Shown here in pieces: positions 45,404 to 55,781 of a DNA stretch of 64,000 nt (its first letter is position 1; each line of letters begins with the position of its first letter). Below the pieces are notes generated by a model. It saw only the letters and a program-made list of their open reading frames with translations, did no database searches and was not told the origin of the DNA. Position numbers and translations under genes: made by a program. Origin of the DNA: an uncultured delta proteobacterium (GTDB lineage: Bacteria > Myxococcota_A > Polyangia > Haliangiales > Haliangiaceae). The stretch is taken from the NCBI GenBank assembly GCA_963772655.1, contig CAVYYE010000003.1, forward strand, positions 2,673,341-2,737,340. Direction: 5' to 3'.

Positions 45404-46435
45404 CTAGGCGACGCGTTCGATCTTGCCGTCGGCGTGGCGCGCGAATCGTCCCTCGCCGCGCGGATGGACCGGCGCGTCGTCGGGCCACGGCCAGCCCCCG
45501 AACCGGGTGCGCTGGTAGTCGGTGAACGCCTGCACGATCTCGGCGCGGGTCGACATCACGAACGGACCGTGCTGCACGACCGGCTCGCCGATCGGCTTGC
45601 CCTGGAGCACCAGCGCCTCGGCCGGAGCGGCGGCCCGGAGCACGGTGCTGTCGGGCGCGAGCCGCACGCCGGTGCCCTCGCCGATGGTCTCGCCCTCGAT
45701 CTCGATCTCGCCCGCGAACACGTACAGCACGCGGTTACTCGTGGGGCGTGCCGCTGGCATCGTCCACGTCGAGGGAATCGAGCCCGGTGCGTGGGCGCGA
45801 CCCATCGCGATCGTCCAGATCGCGACATCGGAGTCCTCGCGCGCGGCCCACGAATCCGGCGGAGGTGCGAGCGGTCGCACGTCGCCGATCGCACCGGCGA
45901 CCACGGTGATGTCGACGCCATCCGCGTGGATGACCGGAATGTCCTTGGCCCAGAGCATCGAGAAGTACGGATCGACCATCTTCCCGGTGTGCGGCAGGTT
46001 GACCCAGATCTGGAACAGCTCGCACGGGTTGCGCTCGTCGCGCTCGAGCAACGGGAACATCTCGGAATGGACGATGCCCTTGCCGGCGGTCAGCCACTGC
46101 ACGTCGCCACGCCCGAAGCGTGCCGCCGCTCCGAGGGAATCCGAGTGGTCGATGAACCCGCGCCGCGCGATCGTCACGGTCTCGAACCCGCGGTGCGGGT
46201 GACTCGGAAATCCCGGCACCCTCTGGCCGTGGTACATGCGCCAGCCGGGCTCGCCGGGGACATCGCTCTTGAGCGTGAAATCCATCCCGAGCTCGCGCCC
46301 GGACAGCGAGGCCGCGGGCCCGAGCTCGTCGTTTCCCTTGGGATAGTTATCGACGTGGTGGACGCAGAACAGAAACGGATCGAGGGTTCCCCACGGAAAC
46401 CCGAGGGAAAACTTCTGGAGGATGGTGCCGCTCAT
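45404..46435 (-). CDS. pirin-family bicupin protein
   Basis: The cupin metal site is HPHRGFETVTIARRG…VQWLTAGKGIVHSE. A C-terminal second cupin is present. The start is at MSGTILQKF. Confidence 0.85.
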   Translation of the reverse strand: MSGTILQKFSLGFPWGTLDPFLFCVHHVDNYPKGNDELGPAASLSGRELGMDFTLKSDVPGEPGWRMYHGQRVPGFPSHPHRGFETVTIARRGFIDHSDSLGAAARFGRGDVQWLTAGKGIVHSEMFPLLERDERNPCELFQIWVNLPHTGKMVDPYFSMLWAKDIPVIHADGVDITVVAGAIGDVRPLAPPPDSWAAREDSDVAIWTIAMGRAHAPGSIPSTWTMPAARPTSNRVLYVFAGEIEIEGETIGEGTGVRLAPDSTVLRAAAPAEALVLQGKPIGEPVVQHGPFVMSTRAEIVQAFTDYQRTRFGGWPWPDDAPVHPRGEGRFARHADGKIERVA

Positions 46436-46483
46436 GGTGTCTGACCCGGACGACAAAATACGTCGTCCCGGCGAGACCGCAAG

Positions 46484-47008
46484 CTAGCCGATCCGCCGAT
46501 CTCGGAGTGCGCGACTGCGCGTGGTGCATCGCTCGCTGACGATCGCGATCACGCGATGCGTCCCCTCGATCAGCTGGACCTTGCCGAGATCGCCGCGCCG
46601 TCCGACCAGTCGGCCGCGCGAGCCGGCGGCGATGAACCGCCAGGTCTTGTGGCCGCGCTTGCTGCCCTGGATCTCGGCGAGCACGTCGCGGACGATCATC
46701 ACCAGGTCGCCGATCTCGGCGGAGAACAACAGCGGCACGCCTCCGTTCGAGATGGTCTCGACGAACGACGCGATCTCGTCGGCCAGCGGCGCGGTGACCT
46801 CGAGGCGGAGGTTGTCGAGGTCGACCCGCTGGGTCTTCGTGACGTGGTCGACCATCGCAGCCAGCGCCGGCGGCATCGCCAGGGCCTGGGTCTGGCCCTG
46901 CGTCTGGGGATGCGCCTGGCCTTCGAGAGGAGGAGGCAGCGGGCGACTCGCGAGCCCGGTGAGGAACCGCAAGCCTTCGGTACCGTTGACCGTGATCGTC
47001 GTCAGCAT
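46484..47008 (-). CDS. hypothetical protein
   Basis: The C-terminal roughly 170 aa of the ORF have non-biased composition. The N-terminal extension is probably not coding. I recognise no domain. Confidence 0.35.
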   Translation of the reverse strand: MLTTITVNGTEGLRFLTGLASRPLPPPLEGQAHPQTQGQTQALAMPPALAAMVDHVTKTQRVDLDNLRLEVTAPLADEIASFVETISNGGVPLLFSAEIGDLVMIVRDVLAEIQGSKRGHKTWRFIAAGSRGRLVGRRGDLGKVQLIEGTHRVIAIVSERCTTRSRALRDRRIG

Positions 47009-47048
47009 CGGTATCGCGACGTTACTCGGGGGGACTGACACGCTCGTG

Positions 47049-47642
47049 TCAGGGCTGCGCGCCGCTGCCCGCAGCACCCGTTGGGGCACCACCCCGACCG
47101 AACCTCCGGCCGAACCGTCCGAACCGACCACCGCCCCACATCCGCGAACGCTGCTCGAGCGCGGCGTCGAGCTCGTCGACACTGATCGTGCCGTCCTTGT
47201 TGGTATCGAGCTCCTCCGGCTTCATGCGGCGGAACCGGCCCTGCGCGAGCTCGTCGGGCGTGACCTTGCCGTCACCGTTGACGTCGGATCGAGACAGCAG
47301 ATCCTCGGCGCGCTTGTGGCGTGCGGCCGCGCGCTCCTCGTCGCTGATCTTGCCGTCACCGTCGGTGTCGAGCTGCTCCATGCGGTGGCGGCGCCGCGAC
47401 TGGAAGTCTTCCAGCGACGGACGCTCGCGCGTCGTATCCGCGCTGTCGCTCTCGTTGCTCGGCAAGCTCGGATGCCGGGGCGTCTGGAGCTCGATCTTCC
47501 CCGACCGACCCTTTCCGAGGTTGTTCGGCGCCGTGTCGGACTGATCGTTCGACGACGTGGCCTGGGTTTTCGACGAAGACGAATCCTTGCAGCCGCTGGC
47601 GGCGAGGACTCCGACGAGGGCGATTCCGAGTAGCTTCCGCAT
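47049..47642 (-). CDS. EF-hand calcium-binding lipoprotein (three EF loops)
   Basis: The lipobox is MRKLLGIALVGVLAASGC. The EF loops are DTDGDGKISDEE, DVNGDGKVTPDE and DTNKDGTISVDE. Confidence 0.8.
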   Translation of the reverse strand: MRKLLGIALVGVLAASGCKDSSSSKTQATSSNDQSDTAPNNLGKGRSGKIELQTPRHPSLPSNESDSADTTRERPSLEDFQSRRRHRMEQLDTDGDGKISDEERAAARHKRAEDLLSRSDVNGDGKVTPDELAQGRFRRMKPEELDTNKDGTISVDELDAALEQRSRMWGGGRFGRFGRRFGRGGAPTGAAGSGAQP

Positions 47643-47771
47643 GTCGCGAGGACGTTAGAGCAAGCCCTGAGCCAGCACGCAAGTGCCTTCGATTGCCGGG
47701 GTGCGAACCCGCACGATCCGCCGCGTTCTGCCGATCACGCAGGGCAGCATGCGGTTTCGGCATGCGAGATC

Positions 47772-48401
47772 CTAGAATCGGCCGCCGATCGTCCCGACCC
47801 CGATCGTCCACTCGATGCGGTGGCGTCGTTCGAGGCGGGCGCTGTCGCGCGGCTGGGTCCACGCGAGCAGCGGCGTGACCGGTATCGCGGTGAGAAACGA
47901 CGTCGCGCCCGTCGTGAAGTCGTGCCGTGCCCACAAGAAGATCGAGCCCGCCAGGTTGACAGCCGTACCACCGATCAACGTCAGCCACACGGATCGCCGT
48001 TCCTTGCGCCCGACGATCTGGATCGCGTGACGAAGCGCGCGCACGTCGTCGCACGGATCGTCGACACGTGGAGGAACCGCGATCCGCAGCGGCAGGACCA
48101 CACGCGACGCCATCCCGAGACTGGACTTGAGCATCCCGACGTACATCGCGTCGCGAAACCGATCGTCGAACGGGCCGAGTGGATTGACCTCGGCCTCGAG
48201 TAACCCGAGCTGTCCGATCGCACTGCCGGCGAAGCCGAGTGCCCACGCCGTGTTCCAGACCTCGGCACGATGTGACTCCGCCTGTAGCTGACGCCGCAGA
48301 TCGGCGGCTTCGCTGCGGCACCGATCGTCGGCGAATGAACGATTCGTGTACACCACGACGATGGTGAGCGTGACGACCGTGACAACGACGCGGCGCACCA
48401 C
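47772..48401 (-). CDS. secreted hypothetical protein
   Basis: The signal peptide is MVRRVVVTVVTLTIVVVY. The composition is protein-like and the protein is 209 aa. Confidence 0.5.
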   Translation of the reverse strand: MVRRVVVTVVTLTIVVVYTNRSFADDRCRSEAADLRRQLQAESHRAEVWNTAWALGFAGSAIGQLGLLEAEVNPLGPFDDRFRDAMYVGMLKSSLGMASRVVLPLRIAVPPRVDDPCDDVRALRHAIQIVGRKERRSVWLTLIGGTAVNLAGSIFLWARHDFTTGATSFLTAIPVTPLLAWTQPRDSARLERRHRIEWTIGVGTIGGRF

Positions 48402-48447
48402 GCGAATCTATGTCATTCGCGCTCCGGCTTGCTGATACCGTTGCTCT

Positions 48448-49176
48448 ATGTCGAACCGGTGGACCGAATTCGTGCTCGTCGCGGCTCTCCTGGGTGCGTG
48501 CGGTGGTGGTGGCGGCAGCAGCGGCGATGACGACGGCGGTCCCGATGCTCCGACGATCCCCGACACCATCATGATCTCGGGGACCGCGGTCACGCAGTCG
48601 ATCCAGGGCAGCAACCCTGCGGTCGGTCTCCAGGTCGAGGCGTACTCGAACGCCGACGAGAACACACCGGTCGCGACCACGACCACCGACATGCAGGGCA
48701 ACTACACGCTGGTCGTGACGACCAACGGCATGGCGCTCGACGGCTACATCAAGGCGACCGGCAACAACCTGGTCGACACCTACCTGTACCCTCCAGCGCC
48801 ACTCGCGGCGGACTTCGACGGTGCGTCGGTCAACATGGTCTCGCCCGGCAACTTCGACATCCTCTCCGGCACGCTGTGCCGTGCGAACCAGGATGCCGCG
48901 AAGGGCACGATCGCGGTGCTCGTCGAGGACGCCAGCGGAACCGCGGTCAGCGGAGCGACGATCGCGAGCGATCCCGCGGCGACCGACACCTGCTACAACG
49001 GGTCGAATGGACTGCCGAGCTCGACCGCGACCGCGACCAGCGACAGCGGCATCGGGTATCTGTTCAACGTCACCGGCAGCGCGACGGTCAGCGCCGACGG
49101 CGCGGGGATGACGTTCCAGTCGCACGGTGTGGTCGCCCGCGCCGGTGCACTGACGACGACGCTCGTCGAGCCGTAG
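48448..49176 (+). CDS. lipoprotein, beta-rich (carboxypeptidase-regulatory-like/Big-like fold suspected)
   Basis: The lipobox is LVAALLGAC with a Gly-rich linker. The body is Thr/Gly/Ala-rich and beta-like. Confidence 0.55.
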   Translation: MSNRWTEFVLVAALLGACGGGGGSSGDDDGGPDAPTIPDTIMISGTAVTQSIQGSNPAVGLQVEAYSNADENTPVATTTTDMQGNYTLVVTTNGMALDGYIKATGNNLVDTYLYPPAPLAADFDGASVNMVSPGNFDILSGTLCRANQDAAKGTIAVLVEDASGTAVSGATIASDPAATDTCYNGSNGLPSSTATATSDSGIGYLFNVTGSATVSADGAGMTFQSHGVVARAGALTTTLVEP

Positions 49177-49186
49177 CGCGAGCCTG

Positions 49187-50209
49187 CTAGCGCGGAGTCG
49201 CGATCAGGGGCCTCACGTTCACCATCGACGGGGGCGTCTTCACGCCGCGCATCAGCGCGTAGCGAAACACCTTCTTGCGATAGCGCAGCGACGCACCGCC
49301 GACCTTGCCCGACTTGGCCATCGCGATGAACGCGAGCTGCGCGTCGGGATCGGACTTGACCTCGGGGTGCTTGGCGACGATGCGCGCCAGGATCTCCTGG
49401 CACGCGCGCTTGGGGTCGAGGCCGGCGCGCATCTGCTCGACGATCGCGAACGAGGCGGCGTGCTTGATCGCGAGCTCGCCGATCCCGGTCGCCGCGGCTC
49501 CGCCGATGTCGTTGTCGACGTAGCACCCGGCGCCGACGATCGGCGAGTCGCCGAGCCGACCGGGCAACTTGTTCGCGAGCCCGCTGGTCGACACCACGGC
49601 CGCGAGGTCGCCCTTGGCGTCGATCCCGATCGCGCACACGGTGTCGTGGTTGTCCTCGTGCCAGAACGAGCGGCGCTTCTTGCGCTCGTGCTGCTCCCAC
49701 TCGCGACGCAGCTTGGCCGTCATCAGATCCTGTTCCTTGAAGCCGAGCTTCTTCGCGAACGCGTTGGCGCCGCGGCCGACGAGCAGGACGTGCTCGGTGC
49801 GCTCCATGACCTTGCGCGCGACCGAGATCGGATTCTTGATGCGCTCGAGCGCGCCGACCGATCCGCAGCGGTGCGTGCGGCCATCCATGATCGTGGCGTC
49901 GAGCTGGACCACGCCGTCGGCATCGGGCCACACGTTGTAGCCGACGGTGTGAACGTCCGGATCGTTCTCCACCACGTGCACGCCTTGCTCGAGCGCATCG
50001 AGCAGATCGCCGCCGCGCGCGAACACGCGCTGCGCCCCCTTGCACAGGTCGAGACCGTAGTCCCAGGTCGCGATCACCGAGGGCATCGTGACCCGCGCAC
50101 GCGGAGCGGGGCGCGGCGGCGTCTTGGTACGAGGCGCACGTGCGCGCGCCGCACGCGGCAGCAGGGCGAGCCCGAGAGCGGCGTCGCGAAGGAGCTCGCG
50201 TCGATTCAT
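49187..50209 (-). CDS. Ntn-hydrolase asparaginase_2 family (isoaspartyl peptidase / glycosylasparaginase-like), Tat signal
   Basis: The twin-arginine signal is MNRRELLRDAALGLALLP. The autoproteolytic/nucleophile region is HDTVCAIGIDAKGDLAAVVSTSGLANKLPGRLGDSPIVGAGCYVD. The start coordinate is approximate to within 1 nt. Confidence 0.8.
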   Translation of the reverse strand: MNRRELLRDAALGLALLPRAARARAPRTKTPPRPAPRARVTMPSVIATWDYGLDLCKGAQRVFARGGDLLDALEQGVHVVENDPDVHTVGYNVWPDADGVVQLDATIMDGRTHRCGSVGALERIKNPISVARKVMERTEHVLLVGRGANAFAKKLGFKEQDLMTAKLRREWEQHERKKRRSFWHEDNHDTVCAIGIDAKGDLAAVVSTSGLANKLPGRLGDSPIVGAGCYVDNDIGGAAATGIGELAIKHAASFAIVEQMRAGLDPKRACQEILARIVAKHPEVKSDPDAQLAFIAMAKSGKVGGASLRYRKKVFRYALMRGVKTPPSMVNVRPLIATPR

Positions 50210-50231
50210 GCCGCGATGATGACCGAAACGG

Positions 50232-51635
50232 TCAGCGGTTGCAGGCTGGAAGCGACTGCGAGCTGCACGTCGGTGGAGCGGTGCCGTCGACCACCGCCTC
50301 GATCCACGCGACCGCGCGCTCGATCTTGCGCTCGAGGACGGTGTCGTGGGTCGCGAGCGCGTCGGCGCAGATCGTCGGGACCACACCCTCCGCACGCAAC
50401 TTCACGACGTCGCAGGCGGCCTCGCCGGCGGCCGGCATCACCTGATCCGCCAGGCCCTGCACGATCAGCACGCGCGCGCCCTGTGGATCCGCGGTCACGA
50501 CGTCGGACAGCATCCAGTCGTGAAACGCCTGGCCGAGACCGGTGCACCCGGCGGTACCGTCGATGCACGCCAGTACCTGCTGCCGGAACTGATCGTCGAC
50601 GAGATCGCCGAGATGCGGCTGCTGCGCGTCGAGCGCACCGCCCAGCGGGATCGTGCACAGCGACTCGATGCTCCCGGTGATCGACGACGCCTCGGTCGCG
50701 GGGAACGACTCCTCTCCGGACAGCCCCATCCGGTTGATCAAGAACCCGTAGTGCCGGAGCACCGTCACCGTCGGAGCCGCGAGCCCGGCGAGCCCCGTGA
50801 TCCGATCCGGGTGGCGCAGCACGTCCTCGTAGCCGAACGATCGCGTCGAGATCGGCCACTCGGGTGCGATCGCGACGACGGCGGACAGGGTGCGCGTTCC
50901 GGTGGTCGCGAATTCGAGCGCCTGCGCCGACAGCACGACGCCGCCGCCCTGGCTGTACCCGGCCGCCGCCACCGGATCGCCGACCAGGCCGTCGGGCTCG
51001 AGCGCCCGCAACGCGATCGCGCCATCTAACAACTGGCCGACCTCGTCGTGGTTGTCGAGATAGCTATGCGTTCCCTCCGTCCCCAGCCCGGCGAAGTCGG
51101 GCGCGATCACCGCGAAGCCTCGCGCCGCGAACGGCAACGCGAGATTCGGCAACGGGTGATCGGCCTTCGAAGGCGCGCAGTCGTCGGCGACGCCCGAGGT
51201 CGAGCGCCCGATCAACACGACCGGTGCCGGCAACGCGCGCGGCACCGCGGGCAGATACACCGTCGCGCTGGTCATCGCCGCGGCACCGTTACTCCGCTGG
51301 GTCCGGTACGCGAGCTTGACCACCCGCACGCCGGTCTGCGCGACGGTATCGCCCGCCCCGCTGGCGTCGAGCGCCGCCTGCACGGCGGCAGCATCGAGCG
51401 CGTCGCCGAGTGCGCAGTGCACGATCGCTCCGCGCGCATCCGGCAGCTGCGTCGGTGACGTGTAGATGTCGCCAGCGGCGTCGCCGCATCCCTCGGGCGT
51501 CGGCAACCACGCCGCGGCCGGCGCGTCGGGCGACACCATTGGCGCATCGGGCGCATCGGGCGCATCGTCGCCGACGGGCGCCATCGTCGATCCACCGCAG
51601 GCAGTCACGCATGCGATCGTCAGCACTCCCCACAT
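50232..51635 (-). CDS. secreted lipase/alpha-beta hydrolase (secretory-lipase LIP-like), lipoprotein
   Basis: The lipobox is MWGVLTIACVTACGG. The nucleophile elbow is GYSQGG. The protein is about 467 aa. Confidence 0.7.
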   Translation of the reverse strand: MWGVLTIACVTACGGSTMAPVGDDAPDAPDAPMVSPDAPAAAWLPTPEGCGDAAGDIYTSPTQLPDARGAIVHCALGDALDAAAVQAALDASGAGDTVAQTGVRVVKLAYRTQRSNGAAAMTSATVYLPAVPRALPAPVVLIGRSTSGVADDCAPSKADHPLPNLALPFAARGFAVIAPDFAGLGTEGTHSYLDNHDEVGQLLDGAIALRALEPDGLVGDPVAAAGYSQGGGVVLSAQALEFATTGTRTLSAVVAIAPEWPISTRSFGYEDVLRHPDRITGLAGLAAPTVTVLRHYGFLINRMGLSGEESFPATEASSITGSIESLCTIPLGGALDAQQPHLGDLVDDQFRQQVLACIDGTAGCTGLGQAFHDWMLSDVVTADPQGARVLIVQGLADQVMPAAGEAACDVVKLRAEGVVPTICADALATHDTVLERKIERAVAWIEAVVDGTAPPTCSSQSLPACNR

Positions 51636-51680
51636 CGCTGTCACGCGCGCACTCTCGCGCACGCCTCTCCGAGTTACGTG

Positions 51681-51702
51681 ATCGAAGTCGTTACACTTCG
51701 AT
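51681..51702. promoter_or_regulatory. 8-bp-stem hairpin atcgaagt-cgttac-acttcgat in the MFS/lipase intergenic region (terminator or operator)
   Basis: The hairpin is seen directly. Confidence 0.3.
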
Positions 51703-51773
51703 TGCGCACACCCGCCGCGTGTTACAGCGCGATGTCGCCGGTCGCGATGGCCACCACTCGAGGGAGCGAGCGA

Positions 51774-53000
51774 TCACGTTCGGTCGGGGCCGACGGCCCG
51801 GAAGCTCCACAGAAACCACGAGATCCCGAAGACGATCGCGACACCCGCCAGCCACCACGTCGAGATCGACTCGTCGTAGACGTCGGCGATCACGCCCGCC
51901 ACGATCGACGAGATTCCGATGCCGAGCGTCGCCAGCCCGTAGTCGAGCGACATCACCCGACCGCGCAGGCGATCCGGCGTCGCGACCTGCAGGCCGTAGG
52001 TCGACACGGCCCACTGCGCGCCACCTCCCATGTGCGCGAGCACCACGAACACGAGCGCGAGCGGAAACCACGTGACGAACGGAAACCCGAGATAGAACAC
52101 GCCGTAGCCCAGCGTCGACAGCGCACACACCGCGACGATCGTGCGCGGCGACGGCGTGGCGCCGGTGACCTTGCGGGCGAACAACGGACCGAGCAAGGCC
52201 CCGAGCCCGCGCGCCGCGAACAGGAGGCCGGTCGGGATCGGCGCGCCGCGGAACCGACCGTGCGCGAATCCCGGCAACAGACCGACGATGCCGTTCGCCC
52301 AGCTCACGCCGGCCTTGGCGAACAGCAGGCGCTTGACGACACGATTGCTTCGCGCGTGGCGGATCACGGCGCGCAACCCGCCGCGATCCTCCTCGGTGGG
52401 TGTCTCGCCTCGCGCCTCTTGCAGCGGCTTTCCGATCCCCGCGACCAGCCATGCCGAGATCACGAACGACGCGGCGTCGATCGAGAACGCCGTGTACGGA
52501 CCGAGCACCGCGGCGACCAGACCGCCGATGCCGGCGCCGAGCAGCAGCATCGATCCCCACACCATGCCCATCAGCGACTGCGCCGAGGCGAGATCCTCCG
52601 CCGGGACCAGGTTGGGCGTCGCCGCCGCGGCGATCGGATCGTAGAAGCTCGCACCGACACCGAGCATCACGATCGCCGCAACCGCCATCGGCAAGCTTCC
52701 CCAGTAGGCGGCGAGGCACAGCGACAGCGCGATCGGAACGCGCCCGAGATCCGCGAGCACCAGGATGCGCCGGCGGTCGAAGCGATCGCCGGCCATCCCG
52801 GCGATCGGCGATGCCAGGAACACGGGCAGCACGGTCGCCGCGTACACGTATGCGGCGGTGCCGGGACGACCGGTGAGATCGGTGACCAGATCGGCGACGG
52901 GAACGAACGAGAACCAGTCGCCGGCGAGCGACACGACGCTCGCGAGGAACAGCCGTCGAAAGTCGGGGTTGCGAGCCAGGAGCTCGCGCGCGGACGACAC
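51774..53000 (-). CDS. MFS transporter (EntS/MFS_3-like efflux)
   Basis: There are 12 TM helices. The MFS motif A-like sequence is GMAGDRFDRRRILV. The protein is 408 aa. Confidence 0.85.
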   Translation of the reverse strand: MSSARELLARNPDFRRLFLASVVSLAGDWFSFVPVADLVTDLTGRPGTAAYVYAATVLPVFLASPIAGMAGDRFDRRRILVLADLGRVPIALSLCLAAYWGSLPMAVAAIVMLGVGASFYDPIAAAATPNLVPAEDLASAQSLMGMVWGSMLLLGAGIGGLVAAVLGPYTAFSIDAASFVISAWLVAGIGKPLQEARGETPTEEDRGGLRAVIRHARSNRVVKRLLFAKAGVSWANGIVGLLPGFAHGRFRGAPIPTGLLFAARGLGALLGPLFARKVTGATPSPRTIVAVCALSTLGYGVFYLGFPFVTWFPLALVFVVLAHMGGGAQWAVSTYGLQVATPDRLRGRVMSLDYGLATLGIGISSIVAGVIADVYDESISTWWLAGVAIVFGISWFLWSFRAVGPDRT

Positions 53001-53009
53001 CCCGTACGA

Positions 53010-53495
53010 CTACTCGTGGATCAACGTCGCGACGCGCTCGCGCAGGTGATCGAGGTTGTCCCTGCCGTCGATCACCCAGTCTTCCATCGAGTAGTAGTTC
53101 TTCACTCCGCGGCTCGCACCGGCGAGCGCCAGGCAGTAGTCCATGCCGCGTTCGTTGCAGCGGGTCGCCTTGGCGGTGATCTTCTCGCGCTCGCCGGTCT
53201 GGCCGTAGACGACGCGAAGCTCGCTGCCGTGGGCCTCGTAGCGGAACATCTCGAACTGGCCTTTCCACTGCGAGGTCGCCTGGAAGATGCCGAACGGCTG
53301 CTCGGTGATCGCGACGAAGATCTGGAACGTGTCGCGATCGTTGCGCGGGATGTGGTCGATCCAGATCCGATCGAGCACGACGTTCTTGGCGAGCGTGTCG
53401 CCATCGCCGCTGTCGTCGTGGGATCCGCTGCGATGCACGGCCACGTACGCCACCACGGCCGCCACGATCATTCCGAGGACGAGCTTGTTCTTCAT
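53010..53495 (-). CDS. membrane-anchored hypothetical protein
   Basis: The N-terminus is MKNKLVLGMIVAAVVAYVAV. The body is of ordinary composition (about 160 aa). Confidence 0.5.
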   Translation of the reverse strand: MKNKLVLGMIVAAVVAYVAVHRSGSHDDSGDGDTLAKNVVLDRIWIDHIPRNDRDTFQIFVAITEQPFGIFQATSQWKGQFEMFRYEAHGSELRVVYGQTGEREKITAKATRCNERGMDYCLALAGASRGVKNYYSMEDWVIDGRDNLDHLRERVATLIHE

Positions 53496-53720
53496 CGGCC
53501 GCACTCTACCCGGACGACGTACGAGCGACCAGGCGATCGCAGGCGATCACGATCGTGGCGCCCGCCGGAGCGCGTGCAGGTTCCCCCAGGGCGCGTTTGT
53601 CTTTCCCCCGACGAACGAACGCGCCTTCGCAGCGATTCCGGCGGGCGATGGCCACCCGCTCCCGCGCGACGATCCTCGTCGATCATCGCGTCGGAGCCGG
53701 TGCCCATCACCGGGCCCCGC

Positions 53721-53948
53721 TCACTTGTTGGCGACCAGCGGCACCAACGGCGATCCCGGGAACGTCGGCAACGGGTTCGGGAACGTCGGCGACGGGTTCG
53801 GGAACGTCGGCGACGGGGTCGGGAACGGGTTGAACGGTCCGGTGCATCCGCCACCGTTCGGCTGCTTCGTCACTCCGCCGGTGACCAGCGAGAGCTCGTC
53901 GAGCTCGACGACGTTATCGGTGGCGGTGACGTTCTCGGTATCGCGCAT
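53721..53948 (-). CDS. small secreted peptide precursor 4: double-glycine-type leader (…NVVELDELSLVTGG) + Pro-rich core with (PTFPNPS)3 repeat
   Basis: The ATG at 53948 has an AGGAGAG RBS 6 nt upstream. The protein is 75 aa. The leader is conserved with the other peptide ORFs. Confidence 0.55.
   Translation of the reverse strand: MRDTENVTATDNVVELDELSLVTGGVTKQPNGGGCTGPFNPFPTPSPTFPNPSPTFPNPLPTFPGSPLVPLVANK
53752..53822 (-). repeat. 21-nt in-frame tandem repeat x3 (gggaacgtcggcgacgggttc) encoding PTFPNP(S/L)
   Basis: The repeat is seen directly. Confidence 0.8.
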
Positions 53949-54364
53949 GATGTCTCTCCTGTTTGGATTCGCGGCCGGTTCGGCTGCAACCTCCTCGAGA
54001 GCACTCGACGTGCCAGCGTCGCTCGCACGCTCGCGATCAAAAGTGTTCGCGAGTTGCGGATCGACCACGCGCTTCGCGACCTCGCGGTGCGTGTCCCGCG
54101 GTCGGCGATCGGCATCCCGTGGTTGGCGTCGTGATCGTCGAGGAGCCGGCGGCGCGCTTGATGATCGAGACGGCGATCGACATGACGCTGACGATAGGAG
54201 CAGCTCGCGTGCCACGCGATCGCGGCCGCATGCACGCGACTTGTGCGCCGTCGCGAGCGTTCCGCGGGTAACACCGTGCCGTCTCTGAGCATCAGTCACT
54301 GGTCGAACCGCCTCGGCGTTTCATGGTTGCGCGAATTGTGCAGCGCGGGCACGATGCCGCCGTG

Positions 54365-55363
54365 ATGAGGGTCCGTCGATTCGTGCATGGCGTGATCGTC
54401 GCGGCACTGGTCCCCGCGTGCTCGTACACGCCCGGCACCAACCCCAGCGGTGACGACGATTCCACCGCCGACGCGCAGGTCGTGACACCGGGTGACGATG
54501 CCTCGACCGCGACCTGCGGAACCCGCCCCGGCCAGCGCGGCTATACCAACCGCGCGGCCACGGTCGCCGGCCTCGATCGCACGTACCACGTGTACCTGCC
54601 GCCGAACGCCTCGCCGACCGAGCCGATGCCGCTCGTGATCGTCCTTCACGGCTACACGATGTCTGGCGATCAGATGCACGACGTCACCCGGTACCAGGAG
54701 CTCGCCGACTCCGAGGGCATCGCGGTCGCATTCCCCGACGGCGAAGGTGGTCCCAACAACGCACTCTCGGCGCCGTGGAACGTCGGCTCGGACATCTGCC
54801 CGAGCACGATCGGTGCGCCGCCGAGTGCCGACGGCGACGACTTCGCGTTCCTCGACTACATCAAGGCCGATATCGCCAAGGACCAGTGCATCGATCCGGA
54901 TCACGTATTCGCGACCGGGTTCTCGATGGGCGGTTACTTCTCGCACCACATCGGGTGCATGCGCACCGACTTCGCGGGTGTCGCGCCGCACTCGGGAGGA
55001 ACCCACCCGCTCGACAACTGCGTGACGTCGAAGATGCCGATCATGATCTTCCACGGCAAGGCCGACCCGCTCGTCCCCGCCGGCTGCGACGACCCTAACT
55101 CGAACCCGGTCAACGGCGTCACGCCGGCCGCCGACGCGTGGGCGATGAAGAACGGTTGCTCGCTGACCACCACCACCCGCTCGGTGACCGGTGGCACTTG
55201 CTACCACTACGAAGGCTGCCCGACCGGGGGCCAGGTCGAGCTGTGCACGTTCGACAACGCCGGCCACTGCTGGGCGGGCGGCAAGAGCGGGATCTACGCG
55301 TGCTCGGGTACGGCGAGCGCCACGCAGCTCGAGTGGGACTTCTGGAAGCAGTACGCCTGGTGA
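54365..55363 (+). CDS. polyhydroxybutyrate-depolymerase/LpqC-family esterase, lipoprotein
   Basis: The lipobox is MRVRRFVHGVIVAALVPAC. The conserved blocks are VLHGYTMSG and GFSMGGYFSHH (nucleophile). The C-terminal region is Cys-rich. Confidence 0.75.
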   Translation: MRVRRFVHGVIVAALVPACSYTPGTNPSGDDDSTADAQVVTPGDDASTATCGTRPGQRGYTNRAATVAGLDRTYHVYLPPNASPTEPMPLVIVLHGYTMSGDQMHDVTRYQELADSEGIAVAFPDGEGGPNNALSAPWNVGSDICPSTIGAPPSADGDDFAFLDYIKADIAKDQCIDPDHVFATGFSMGGYFSHHIGCMRTDFAGVAPHSGGTHPLDNCVTSKMPIMIFHGKADPLVPAGCDDPNSNPVNGVTPAADAWAMKNGCSLTTTTRSVTGGTCYHYEGCPTGGQVELCTFDNAGHCWAGGKSGIYACSGTASATQLEWDFWKQYAW

Positions 55364-55390
55364 GCGGATCGGCCGTTCTCGTGATACGAG

Positions 55391-55711
55391 ATGCGGATGC
55401 GCGCGCTCGTCTCGACGTTCGTCCTGGCCGGTAGCCTCCTCGTCGCCTGCAAGCACGACGTGACCGAGGACCTCCAGGCCCTCGAGACTCGCGCCTGCGA
55501 CTGCGCGGCGAAGAAGGACGCCGCGTGTGGCAAGGCCGTGCTCGCCGACCTCGTCAAGCTCGGCGACCTCCACAACGCCAAGGCCGACGAGGCCAAGGCG
55601 GCGGAGTCCGCCAAGCACCTGGCGACCTGTCTCCTCGAATCCGGCGTCAAGGCGCTCGAGATCCACGAGGCGATCAACAAGCCCGACGAGCCGGCCGAGA
55701 AGTCGGACTGA
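55391..55711 (+). CDS. small lipoprotein, helical, Lys/Ala/Glu-rich
   Basis: The lipobox is MRMRALVSTFVLAGSLLVAC. The protein is 106 aa. Confidence 0.5.
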   Translation: MRMRALVSTFVLAGSLLVACKHDVTEDLQALETRACDCAAKKDAACGKAVLADLVKLGDLHNAKADEAKAAESAKHLATCLLESGVKALEIHEAINKPDEPAEKSD

Positions 55712-55781
55712 TTCGTCCTCGCCACCCGCGGCCGACGAACCGTGAAGCCGGCTCCGTTCGCTCGCGTGGTACCAACGCGCC

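Noticed and set aside
47356-49125. 589-aa minus-strand ORF
   Set aside because: It overlaps three well-supported genes (an EF-hand lipoprotein, a secreted protein and a lipoprotein). The composition is Arg-rich.
51678-54134. 818-aa plus-strand ORF
   Set aside because: It is antisense to the MFS transporter and overlaps peptide ORF 4. The composition is Arg/Asp-rich junk.
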